48,717 nt of DNA from IMG/VR virus record IMGVR_UViG_3300001730_000003, positions 1-48,717 of that record. One strand, 5' to 3'. The notes below the pieces were generated by a model that was not told the origin of the DNA, made no database searches, and saw nothing but the letters and a program-made list of their open reading frames with translations. This document shows, piece by piece, positions 35,360-43,449 of the stretch. The stretch's first letter is position 1. Each line of letters starts with the position of its first letter. The position numbers and the translations under genes were made by a program. This DNA comes from a virus. Taxonomy: Duplodnaviria > Caudoviricetes.

Positions 35360-36613
35360 TTAGCCGAGCAGCAGGGCCATATGCTCCGTCTTCACGGCCT
35401 TCCAGCCCCACGCCGCTGCGACTTCGTAGCGCACCTTGCGATAGAGCGGATAGACCGAGACCTCGAACATCATGCCCGAGCGCGAGTCGGTGATCATCAT
35501 ACGGTCCATCGCTGCGTCACCTTCCTGCGGCAGCGCCGGGGCGCGGGTCGCAAGGACGATGGCGTTCTGCGAGAAGCCGACACCGCCGACATCGTAGCTG
35601 TCACCAACCGTGATGGCAGTGGCCGATGCCGGAATGGCCTGCATCAGACCCGGAGCCGCGATGGTGATGGTGCCACCACCCGACACGTCCGCATCACCCG
35701 AAGTGACGACGTACTTGTGCGGATCGCCGGCAAAGGTGATCACGTCGTCCGCAAGGATCGTGCCGGTGCCGGCCGATGCAAGGGTGATCGTGGTCGAGCC
35801 GACCGCGTAACCTGCGTTGTTGGTCGTGGCACTTGCACCCGTACCCTTCGTGTGGCTCGACACCATCTGTGCCGATTCCTTGAAGGACATGTTGTGCAGA
35901 TCGACCAGTTCACCTTGGCGCAGCGTCATGATCGAACCGGCTTCGTTCGCCTTGGTAAGCTGCGTGTTGGTGCGCAGGTTGGCACCTACCGTGGTGTTGA
36001 TCACGACCGAGCGACCCGATGCCGGGGCACCGTTGTCATCGAGCACCTTGCGAAGCTGAGCGCTGTCACCGACACCCGAACCGAACGGGGTGGTACCTGC
36101 CGTGCCGGCTGCACGCGAGACCGCGGCGATTGCGGCAGCGGTGCCGTCACCTTCCATCTCGTTCGTCAGGGCGCGAAGGGCCTGTGCGAACATGTCGGAC
36201 TGGACGTTCATGTAGCCCGGACCATTGGTATTCAGCCCGCGCTGTTCCTCACCGACGAAACCGAACTCGGCGCCGCGCGACTTGGTGATGGTGAGCGAGC
36301 CGGTGCCAATGGTCTGGCCGGTCGGGTCGGGGATCACGTTGGACGGGGTGACGTTGAACAGGTTAGCAGCGGGCGCGATGTGATACACCGTGTCCTGACC
36401 GACTGCAGCACGTTCGGCGGTTGCGGAACGCGAGACAGACGGGATCATGCCGACCAGTTCGCGCGACACGACATCGAGACCTTCGTACAGGTCGGGAATG
36501 AGGCCGGTGAGCGTGTTGTCGTAGCCGATCTTGTAATCGGACAGGTGGCCGATCATGGGCGCAGCGCGCGAAGCGAGAATGGCAGTCATGCCACCCGAAA
36601 CGAGACGAGTCAT
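35360..36613 (-). CDS. Major capsid protein (P22 coat-like)
   Basis: NTLTGLIPDLY..LDVVSRELVG, FAQALRAL.NE.E, WGWKAVK.EH; GAGG RBS. Confidence 0.9.
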   Translation of the reverse strand: MTRLVSGGMTAILASRAAPMIGHLSDYKIGYDNTLTGLIPDLYEGLDVVSRELVGMIPSVSRSATAERAAVGQDTVYHIAPAANLFNVTPSNVIPDPTGQTIGTGSLTITKSRGAEFGFVGEEQRGLNTNGPGYMNVQSDMFAQALRALTNEMEGDGTAAAIAAVSRAAGTAGTTPFGSGVGDSAQLRKVLDDNGAPASGRSVVINTTVGANLRTNTQLTKANEAGSIMTLRQGELVDLHNMSFKESAQMVSSHTKGTGASATTNNAGYAVGSTTITLASAGTGTILADDVITFAGDPHKYVVTSGDADVSGGGTITIAAPGLMQAIPASATAITVGDSYDVGGVGFSQNAIVLATRAPALPQEGDAAMDRMMITDSRSGMMFEVSVYPLYRKVRYEVAAAWGWKAVKTEHMALLLG

Positions 36614-36648
36614 GTGAACCTCACGGTTGAATAGCGATTTCTGGAAGA

Positions 36649-36714
36649 TCGTCACGGTCATCCAACCGGTTCTTCGATCGAGCAGTCGTCACGGTCATCC
36701 AACCGGTTCTTCGA
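36649..36714 (-). repeat. Two 29-bp direct repeats in the capsid 5' leader
   Basis: tcgtcacggtcatccaaccggttcttcga at 36649 and 36686; the minus strand forms a CGGT-TGGATG-ACCG hairpin. Confidence 0.9.
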
Positions 36715-36723
36715 CTTGAGCGC

Positions 36724-36752
36724 AGAGTGACACAATGGTTCAAATGCGTCAA
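36724..36752 (-). promoter_or_regulatory. Putative capsid promoter
   Basis: Minus strand TTGACG-N17-CACTCT, directly after the hairpin at 36753-36780. Confidence 0.5.
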
Positions 36753-36780
36753 GCCCCGCATGATGTGAGTCATGCGGGGC
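36753..36780. terminator. Strong hairpin closing the ncRNA locus
   Basis: gccccgcatga-tgtgag-tcatgcggggc, 11 bp perfect. Confidence 0.6.
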
Positions 36781-37145
36781 TATCATCCGTGCCAACGGAA
36801 ACTCGTCCGACCGACACCGATCGACCGCTTATGTGGTTGGAGCCACTGCAAATCTCTCAGTGGTGGGGCAAGGTCGTCTCTCTGCTTTTATCCCACTTTG
36901 CTCATCGCCCCTTGCGGTTCCACCCGCTACTCACGACGCATCTCGAAACTCACGGGTCCACCGGGCACCACCCGGCCGATGTACGGGGAATTGAACCCCG
37001 GCGCACCTCGCGGCTTTGCGCGGACCCTCTGTATGCTTCGGATCAGCCGGATTCGAACCGACCCTTCCATCCTGTCTCTGGAATCGAACCAGAAGGTGAT
37101 CAACCCCGTCATCCAGACGCACCCGAAGCATACAGAGGGTGTGGA
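36780..37145 (-). ncRNA. Unclassified structured RNA with three T-arm motifs
   Basis: T-arms at 36984-37000, 37046-37062 and 37077-37093; 18-bp perfect stem 37024-37041/37123-37140. Boundaries approximate. Confidence 0.7.
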
Positions 37146-37159
37146 AACCCACTCAGTAT

Positions 37160-37510
37160 AGTGGCCCGTTCTGTTCCAAGGTGGGCCAGTCCCGTCAGTG
37201 CTTACGCAGCAATGCGTACATCCTGAATGTCGTTGTCATTGGCGACATTTATGGTTTCGGTCCTGTTGAAGTCGGGCCTCACTTGATCGCGCTCAATTTC
37301 AGTCGCTCGGATCGATCCTGGTTCACCCCCGTCAACTACTGTCTGCCCTGTCTTATCGATTTAGCGCTTGTGGCAGGGACTACGGTATGTGCCTTAGCCA
37401 GACAGTAGATGGTGGAGGTGGCGGGATTCGCACCCGCGTCTCCGATTGTCCTACGTTGATCGAATTACGATCATTACCCGGTTGCCCGGATTTCGCGGGG
37501 TGCGGCTCGG
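37160..37510 (-). ncRNA. ssrA: Two-piece (circularly permuted) tmRNA
   Basis: Acceptor piece ends GCGGGTGCGAATCCCGC-CACCTCC-ACCA (37437-37410). A stem-closed intervening segment follows. The coding piece starts GGGGGTG at 37330 (G3:U70 pair). Tag ANDNDIQDVRIAA-stop at 37243-37202. Outer ends approximate. Confidence 0.92.
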
Positions 37511-37511
37511 G

Positions 37512-37775
37512 TCACTACTCCCGTCCGCTATCCAAAGTAGTGATCCACATGGGTATGAGCCATGTGGCGATGGAACCCCTGGATATGCACCGAGTTTAAA
37601 CCACTGTACGCATCACATTGGCCTTCTGTGACACTTGCGGCTCGGTGCATACCGAGAGATTCAGTCGTTTTTGTAGTGTAGGGTGGCGTACTCGATCCTC
37701 CACCACCCCTGAAATCTTGCGCCCCACCACTACTAAGGACTACTCCGCATTCCAATGGATCGATCAGAATGCGAT
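37512..37775 (-). ncRNA. Structured non-coding segment upstream of the tmRNA
   Basis: Five consecutive stem-loops, e.g. TATGCACCGAG/CTCGGTGCATA, CCACATGG/CCATGTGG, TCACTACT/AGTAGTGA. Confidence 0.5.
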
Positions 37776-37783
37776 ATGCGAAT

Positions 37784-37837
37784 CACCTACCCTACTATGT
37801 GGTAAGTGTCAAGTGGGTCGGTACAGCACCGACCCAC
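37784..37837 (-). promoter_or_regulatory. Hairpin after the scaffold stop, followed by putative promoter of the RNA locus
   Basis: gtgggtcggt-acagc-accgacccac (37813-37837), then TTGACA-N17-TAGGTG on the minus strand. Confidence 0.55.
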
Positions 37838-37839
37838 CA

Positions 37840-38664
37840 TCAATCCACGATGGTCATTTCGCCCGCACGCTGCGCCTTGGCCGCAGCGGCCTGCTGGGCC
37901 GGGTTCATCCCGTCGAACTCGGCGCGAGTGATGCGACGGCCCGACTGGCTGCGATTGCCACCCTGGCCGCTGTTTCCGCTGCCCTCGTGACCCATCGGCT
38001 TGAGGATCGAGTCCTTGTACTGATAGCTGTCGACCATCATGGACAGGGCCTCGTCGAACGATGCGACCGACGCCATGTTCTTGCTCGAATAGAGCACATT
38101 GCCGTCACTGTCGTAGGGCACCAGTTTGCCATCCTCGACCTTGAACCGGTCGCCGAACTCCTTCTGGAACAGCGTCGGCGGGATCGCGACACGATCGCGG
38201 ACGAACTCGCTCTGCGAGAAAGCCGTGCTGCGGATCTGGTCGTCGAGCCGCGACTGGAGTTCCTGCGCACGCTTCTCGGCGTCGGTCAGCCTGCCCTGGA
38301 ACTGCTGCGTGATCGACTGCCGCACTTCCTCCAGTTTGCCGCTCTCGACCATCTTGTCCAGATCGACGCCGGCCAGCTTGTCCACCGCGGCGCGGGCGGC
38401 TTCGGGGTCAAGCCCTTCGAACTTCTTCAGGTTGGTCTCAGCCGCCTGCAGCCGTTCACGGAAGTTGCGGTTCTCACCGAGCATCTGAGGGATGGTGTTG
38501 CCGCGCACCACCAGTTCCTTGCCCTCACCGTCGACGAATACCGGGTCGCCGCTATCGTTGAGCACCAGCGCGCCGCTCTCATCCTTCTTCCAACCGGCCT
38601 TGTTCTCGAAACCGACCATCATGGTCGTGGTGAGCAGTGCCACCACACGGTTCATCTTCATCAT
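37840..38664 (-). CDS. Capsid scaffolding protein
   Basis: WKKDESG..V...G.PVFV..G.E, coiled coil, GSG..G tail; between portal and capsid. Confidence 0.85.
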   Translation of the reverse strand: MMKMNRVVALLTTTMMVGFENKAGWKKDESGALVLNDSGDPVFVDGEGKELVVRGNTIPQMLGENRNFRERLQAAETNLKKFEGLDPEAARAAVDKLAGVDLDKMVESGKLEEVRQSITQQFQGRLTDAEKRAQELQSRLDDQIRSTAFSQSEFVRDRVAIPPTLFQKEFGDRFKVEDGKLVPYDSDGNVLYSSKNMASVASFDEALSMMVDSYQYKDSILKPMGHEGSGNSGQGGNRSQSGRRITRAEFDGMNPAQQAAAAKAQRAGEMTIVD

Positions 38665-38669
38665 ATGCG

Positions 38670-40277
38670 TCACTCCATCGTTTGTGCGTCACTTTGCACG
38701 GTATCTGGCCCATCACCGGGTAATTCGTCAAGCAGTCGTCGTTCTTCGGTGTCACTGCTGAAATTACTGGACAGCACACCGCGGCGCTTCATTTCGTCCC
38801 ACAGTGTCTCCTGAGAGATGTCAGGCTGCTTGTCGGCACTGCGCTCGCGCATGCGCAGCAGCGCGTCCAGATCCTCGCCTTCGCTGTAATCGTCGAAGTT
38901 GATGTGCACGTACACTTCCGGGTCGTAATCCGTGATCCCAAGCCATGCAGCGGTGAGCACCAAAGCGTTCTCCAGCGCATCCTTGAGGATCACTGCCCAA
39001 CCCTTGACCGTGCTCTTGGCCTTGCCGGCTGCAACCATAGCAGTGATGACGGTGATGTTCCCCGACTGCGCTGTGAGAGGCTGCTTGCCCAACTCGCGCA
39101 ACTCGCGGATCATCGCCTCATTCTCGGACGCGAGGAACTTGAGGCTTTCTGCCGAGGGCTCCACATATGACCACGTGCCGACTCGACCGGTGGCACCATC
39201 GGGTTTGCTGTAGAGCACCCGGCTCGGGCCGACAGCCAGACGCTTCGGGTTCCCGCTCGCATCCTTCTCAGCCTGGATGCCGTTCGCGGCGAGCATAGGA
39301 AATGCGGTCAGCTTCTTGGCGAACTTCAGGTCACTCTCGCCCTGGTACAGTTCAACCTGCAGATCGAGCGCATCCTTGAGTTGCGGCGAGACGCGCCATG
39401 TGCGTCCCTCACGGCGCCCGGTCACGAACGGCACGACCGGAATGCGACCGATACTGACGCGACCGCTGTCGATCTTGAGGAAGTGCGTGCGATCATCACC
39501 CTCGCCGACCGGTTGCTCCTGCTTCTCGAACAGGTTCCACACCACCGACCCATCGTCATTGCGAATGAACTCGCGAATGTGGTCCGGTTTGCCCGGCTCG
39601 AACACCTTGAAGTATGTGATCACCTCGCGCGTGGCGATGACCTTGCTCTGCACGTCGATCACGTTGCGGGCGAGAATATGGGACCAGTACGGGCGCAGCC
39701 CCAGCTTGATCTCATCAGCCCGGTTGACCGGTCGCGGTGTGCCCGGTGCAGGCTTGTCGAAATCGACCAGAATCCAGTCGAGCGCGTTGTTGATCCCGTT
39801 GAAGAACGTCGCGCCGGCAAACACGGTGATGTTGTTGCCCGAGCCATCCACATCCTCGACAAACTGCTTGATCGTGTCGGGCGGATTGGACATTTCCTCG
39901 CTCTTGGTGAGCATGACCGGCTGTTCGAATGGTTTGCCCGAGAGACCTTCCACGATGTCCCGGTACACGTTCGTCATCTTGGTGCACTTGAGGCGGAACT
40001 GGTAGTCGCGATTGTCCTCGTCGACGAACTTGGGCAGGTATTCCTCACCCTTCGCGCGCATGCCGTCGATACCGTCGAGAACGTCGTCCACCTTGTCCCA
40101 GAACGGGAGCATATGCTTGCTGTCGGCCGATCGGCGCAGCATCGGGTCGGTCCACTCGGCTGCGCCACCACCGTGCGCCCGGCCCTCGCGGGTCTGCGAA
40201 ACGATCTCGGGCGTGATCGGTACACCGCTGGCAAAGCCGGTCAGAGCGGTGGAATTGAGCAATGCGCGCATCTGCAT
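38670..40277 (-). CDS. Portal protein (DUF4055-like)
   Basis: G...MR..GE.YLPK..E....Y..RL, IP.VPF, ISQETL..E..RRG. Confidence 0.9.
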   Translation of the reverse strand: MQMRALLNSTALTGFASGVPITPEIVSQTREGRAHGGGAAEWTDPMLRRSADSKHMLPFWDKVDDVLDGIDGMRAKGEEYLPKFVDEDNRDYQFRLKCTKMTNVYRDIVEGLSGKPFEQPVMLTKSEEMSNPPDTIKQFVEDVDGSGNNITVFAGATFFNGINNALDWILVDFDKPAPGTPRPVNRADEIKLGLRPYWSHILARNVIDVQSKVIATREVITYFKVFEPGKPDHIREFIRNDDGSVVWNLFEKQEQPVGEGDDRTHFLKIDSGRVSIGRIPVVPFVTGRREGRTWRVSPQLKDALDLQVELYQGESDLKFAKKLTAFPMLAANGIQAEKDASGNPKRLAVGPSRVLYSKPDGATGRVGTWSYVEPSAESLKFLASENEAMIRELRELGKQPLTAQSGNITVITAMVAAGKAKSTVKGWAVILKDALENALVLTAAWLGITDYDPEVYVHINFDDYSEGEDLDALLRMRERSADKQPDISQETLWDEMKRRGVLSSNFSSDTEERRLLDELPGDGPDTVQSDAQTME

Positions 40278-40486
40278 CAGGTCAACCTCAAACGTCCGTA
40301 GCCAGACCCGCCATCGCGCCTGCCGCCATAAAACTCGACCTTACCCAAGTCTCGTAATGCATTCCACGTTTTTCGTTCGACCGGGGCACTTTCTCCCTGT
40401 GCCAGCGCAACACCGAACTTGTCGAACACTGCGTCGCCACCTCTATCAGTGAGCCATTTCAGAGCGGACTGTTGTGCTTTGGTCAT
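40277..40486 (-). CDS. Small hypothetical protein inserted between terminase and portal
   Basis: MTKAQQSALKWL...TWNALRDLGKVE, wHTH-like; has its own promoter/palindrome. Confidence 0.6.
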   Translation of the reverse strand: MTKAQQSALKWLTDRGGDAVFDKFGVALAQGESAPVERKTWNALRDLGKVEFYGGRRDGGSGYGRLRLT

Positions 40487-40490
40487 AACA

Positions 40491-40524
40491 TGTCAGTTCT
40501 AACACTGACAGTCGGCGGTATCAA
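40491..40524 (-). promoter_or_regulatory. Promoter with overlapping inverted repeat
   Basis: TTGATA-N17-TAGAAC; TGTCAGT-N6-ACTGACA at 40491-40510. Confidence 0.55.
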
Positions 40525-42254
40525 CCTCCATACGACCCCACTTCCGCACTCGACCCACCTTCCGGCGCCGGGAAATATGCCATTACCGCAGCATCGCCCA
40601 TGTTCGGGCTCTTGGTCCCTTTCGGGGTCTTGTCCACAACCATCTTCAACGATGCAGCGCTTTGGCTCTTGGTGGGCTGCGACAACTCCTGCTTCAATTT
40701 CTCAAGTGCACCATATCCCATGGTGCTGTCGATACTCACCAGTTCGTCGATGTCATATTCGATCACGTCGCCCGCACGGTGCGCCTGTACAGCCTTCCAC
40801 GTCTTGTAGAACCTAGTACGCATGGACCACCATGCCTGTGCTTTCATGTTGTGGAAGAAGTCGCGGTTGTACGGTGACTTGTCATCGTCCGGTACAAGGT
40901 GGGCGAACGGTTCGACCACTTTCGCCCCTGCATGCCACGGGATCATGCGGTAGTCGGACTCATGGATTTCTCCAGCCGCGACCAGACGATTGTACTCGCT
41001 GCGGACTGCACTGCCTACACCGATGCAGTCGTATTGAATATCGAGATCACGTCGCCCGATCTCGCGCAAGTGACCCAACATGTGCCGTGTCGTCACGCCT
41101 GGGTCACGTTCGCCCCACTCGGCTGCACTGCGCAAGATGACACCCTGCCGCAATACGAGTGCGTTCTTGTCCAGACCTTCGTCGGCCACGTCGAGCCCCG
41201 CCATCCAGTTACCCGGATAGGCGTGCTTCATCACCGGGAGCAACAGGTGCGCGTCGACAGATGCTTCGATCCACTCGCGGCTGATGATGACTCCCTCAAC
41301 TGCGGCGCTGTGATTGCGTTCGACTTCCTGCGCGAAGATGTGCAGCATGCCTTGCGACTCGTACTGCGCGCGGCGCCTGTCGAACCACTCCTGCGTCTTT
41401 TCCGGGTGGTCGCGCCAGTCGAAGATGAACACCCGCGTCTTGCCCGGCTCGATCGTCTTGCATGGTTCCCAGATCACGCCGGTCTCGCGCTTGCGGTGAA
41501 ACGGGTTGCCGGTGCCGTTCACGGACGAGATATCGACGCGTACACGGGTATTGTCGCCCAAGGACGCCTCGATCGTTTCAGGTCGCTCAATGTGGGCCGC
41601 TTCGTCCACAGCGTACCACGTCTTGCGCCCGCCTCGCCCGATACCGTCACCCGCCTCGCCTGTTGCCGAGGCATCGTTGTCGTTATTGATAAACTTGAGC
41701 TGCCCGGACGTGACATCCTTCGGTTTCCAGATGTCGGGCAGTCGGTCGATCATGCGGCGCAATTTCTCGAATATCGAGTCCATGTCGCCCAGCTTGTCGA
41801 CGAGATCCTGCTTGCGGCTACCCCAGCCGACCGCGACACCCTCACGGAACAAGATATTGTGCGCAGTGTACGCGATGGTGAGCCATGACACGCCTGCATC
41901 GCGGCATTTCTCGACCAGACCACCTTCCTGGTCGCGCTGCAGATCCTCAAGGAACTGGATGTACTCGGCCTGGCGCTCAAACAGTATGAACGGCATCCAT
42001 TTCAACCGTGCCTTGCGCGGGTCGTATGTGTCGCACCAGTGCGTGATCCACTCTGCGGGTCGAGTGCTGTAATACGCGCGGGCGCTGGCGAGGGCCGCAG
42101 GATCGGACCTGAGACGGGTCAGCATGTCCATGCGCCACAAGAGCGCGCCGCGGTAGTCAGGGGGCCACTGCTCGCGCCCACACGGCCTCGGGCGCCATAG
42201 TGCGGTGCTTGGCGGTTCGGGCGGCGGAGGCGGGTCGAACAGGTCGGCTTGCAT
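40521..42254 (-). CDS. terL: Terminase large subunit
   Basis: EKCRDAGVSW, GRGGR, VDEAA, GLDVADEG.D, SPN.GDA. Confidence 0.93.
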   Translation of the reverse strand: MQADLFDPPPPPEPPSTALWRPRPCGREQWPPDYRGALLWRMDMLTRLRSDPAALASARAYYSTRPAEWITHWCDTYDPRKARLKWMPFILFERQAEYIQFLEDLQRDQEGGLVEKCRDAGVSWLTIAYTAHNILFREGVAVGWGSRKQDLVDKLGDMDSIFEKLRRMIDRLPDIWKPKDVTSGQLKFINNDNDASATGEAGDGIGRGGRKTWYAVDEAAHIERPETIEASLGDNTRVRVDISSVNGTGNPFHRKRETGVIWEPCKTIEPGKTRVFIFDWRDHPEKTQEWFDRRRAQYESQGMLHIFAQEVERNHSAAVEGVIISREWIEASVDAHLLLPVMKHAYPGNWMAGLDVADEGLDKNALVLRQGVILRSAAEWGERDPGVTTRHMLGHLREIGRRDLDIQYDCIGVGSAVRSEYNRLVAAGEIHESDYRMIPWHAGAKVVEPFAHLVPDDDKSPYNRDFFHNMKAQAWWSMRTRFYKTWKAVQAHRAGDVIEYDIDELVSIDSTMGYGALEKLKQELSQPTKSQSAASLKMVVDKTPKGTKSPNMGDAAVMAYFPAPEGGSSAEVGSYGG

Positions 42255-42257
42255 GGG

Positions 42258-42488
42258 TCAGGGTGCGTTACCCACCACGCTTTTAGCATACTCCAACGCA
42301 CCCAACATGCGCCATCGATCGTCGAATGTGGCCCATCGTTCGAAATTCCCACCCTTGCGGTCATTCAGCACGACGACGCACTCGCTGATCTCGCCGCGTT
42401 CCATGCGGTCGGCCAGTTCGCGCAAATACGCGGCATCTTCGGACCATTGGTCGGCGCGCGGGTCGCGCAGGGGTGTGATGTGGGTCAT
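42258..42488 (-). CDS. Hypothetical protein
   Basis: ATGA-coupled ORF; LGALE motif. Confidence 0.6.
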   Translation of the reverse strand: MTHITPLRDPRADQWSEDAAYLRELADRMERGEISECVVVLNDRKGGNFERWATFDDRWRMLGALEYAKSVVGNAP

Positions 42489-42715
42489 GTCGTCCCCGCA
42501 CTGGTGAGCGACCATACGATCATTACAACGTATGGTGTCGGTACGCGCTGAACTTCGCCATTGCGCTCAAGGCGTTTCATTTGCCTCAACACCCATGGTG
42601 TCCGCACTGAGAAACCTTCTAATTGTAGGCGGTTTTTGATGACGTAGGTTGGTGCTGACCCTCCCCACCTGCGGAGAGCATCAAGGATTTCCTGATCGCT
42701 CGGTCTCTTGCTCAC
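42485..42715 (-). CDS. Small winged-helix-like protein
   Basis: AGGAG RBS plus GTG; TYVIKNRL...VLRQMKRLERNGEV. Confidence 0.6.
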   Translation of the reverse strand: MSKRPSDQEILDALRRWGGSAPTYVIKNRLQLEGFSVRTPWVLRQMKRLERNGEVQRVPTPYVVMIVWSLTSAGTT

Positions 42716-42792
42716 AGCGGGGTCTCCTGCATCTACTTGACAACCTGTAAGCGATGCGGCATCAGTATGCAAGAGCGGGGCCTGTGTCCCGC

Positions 42793-43443
42793 TCACCCAT
42801 CCCCCAGCATCCTCGAATACGCCTCACCCGCATCCTCCACACTCGCATCTGCTGCGACCTGGGGCGCCTGGGTCATTCCGGGGCCACGTTGCGCCCAATA
42901 CGGGTTGTCCGCATCGGCAGCACCGATGAACCGGCCGATGCGGTCGAGTGCGGCCATCTTGTCCCAGAACTGGATCTTGTACTTCGTTCGACCACGCGCG
43001 CCATCCATGGACGCGGCGGGCATCTCGATTTCGAGCGATTTCACAGCCTTCCACTTCCCCGGGTCGACGCGGGTCATGTCGGGCAATAACTCGCGCTCTC
43101 CGGTCAACGCGTTCACCTGCACGCTGAAGAAGTCGGAAATGTCGCTACTCGCCACATTCATCACCTCGCCCAGCCACCACTCGACACTGAGATCCTGCTG
43201 ACTGGACAGGGCACTGATGCGCTCGTGCAGCGCCGCGGTCACGAACGGGCGCTGCAACACTGCCCGCGCCTCGTCGTCGATCAGCCCCTCCGGTACCTGC
43301 CAGTCACGGTCGAGCACCGCACTGATGCGTTCCTGCTTGAGATGCGCCGTCGCCTGCATGTGATTGACCAGCAGGTCCACAATGGCGCGCTCGGACGTGG
43401 TGAGGCGATTGTACGCCGGCTCGATGCGAATGGGGTGCGTCAT
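42793..43443 (-). CDS. terS: Terminase small subunit
   Basis: VLQRPFV.AA, VASSDI.DFF, KIQFWDKMAALDRIGR; upstream of terL. Confidence 0.8.
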   Translation of the reverse strand: MTHPIRIEPAYNRLTTSERAIVDLLVNHMQATAHLKQERISAVLDRDWQVPEGLIDDEARAVLQRPFVTAALHERISALSSQQDLSVEWWLGEVMNVASSDISDFFSVQVNALTGERELLPDMTRVDPGKWKAVKSLEIEMPAASMDGARGRTKYKIQFWDKMAALDRIGRFIGAADADNPYWAQRGPGMTQAPQVAADASVEDAGEAYSRMLGDG

Positions 43444-43449
43444 TCAGAC

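Noticed and set aside
34910-36634. Long antisense ORFs (also 21861-22979, 37618-38814, 39381-40301, 40899-41888)
   Set aside because: Shadow frames of GC3-biased genes on the other strand.
36649-36714. Mini-CRISPR from the two 29-bp repeats
   Set aside because: The gap is only 8 bp and there are only two copies; better explained as a UTR element.
37000-37025. c-di-GMP-I riboswitch (GCAAAGCC match)
   Set aside because: Only a short word matches; the P2 GNRA stem and other conserved elements were not found.
36960-37140. Canonical tRNA genes
   Set aside because: T-arms are present, but I could not build a cloverleaf with a 7-nt anticodon loop, acceptor stem and discriminator/CCA.
37160-37440. 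tmRNA as prophage attachment site or host chromosome junction
   Set aside because: It is flanked on both sides by phage head genes, with no integrase or duplicated 3' end in the window.
36735-37755. ORFs listed across the RNA locus (e.g. 36735-37226, 36772-37161, 37139-37408)
   Set aside because: No RBS or recognisable motifs; they overlap the tmRNA and stems, mostly on the opposite strand.
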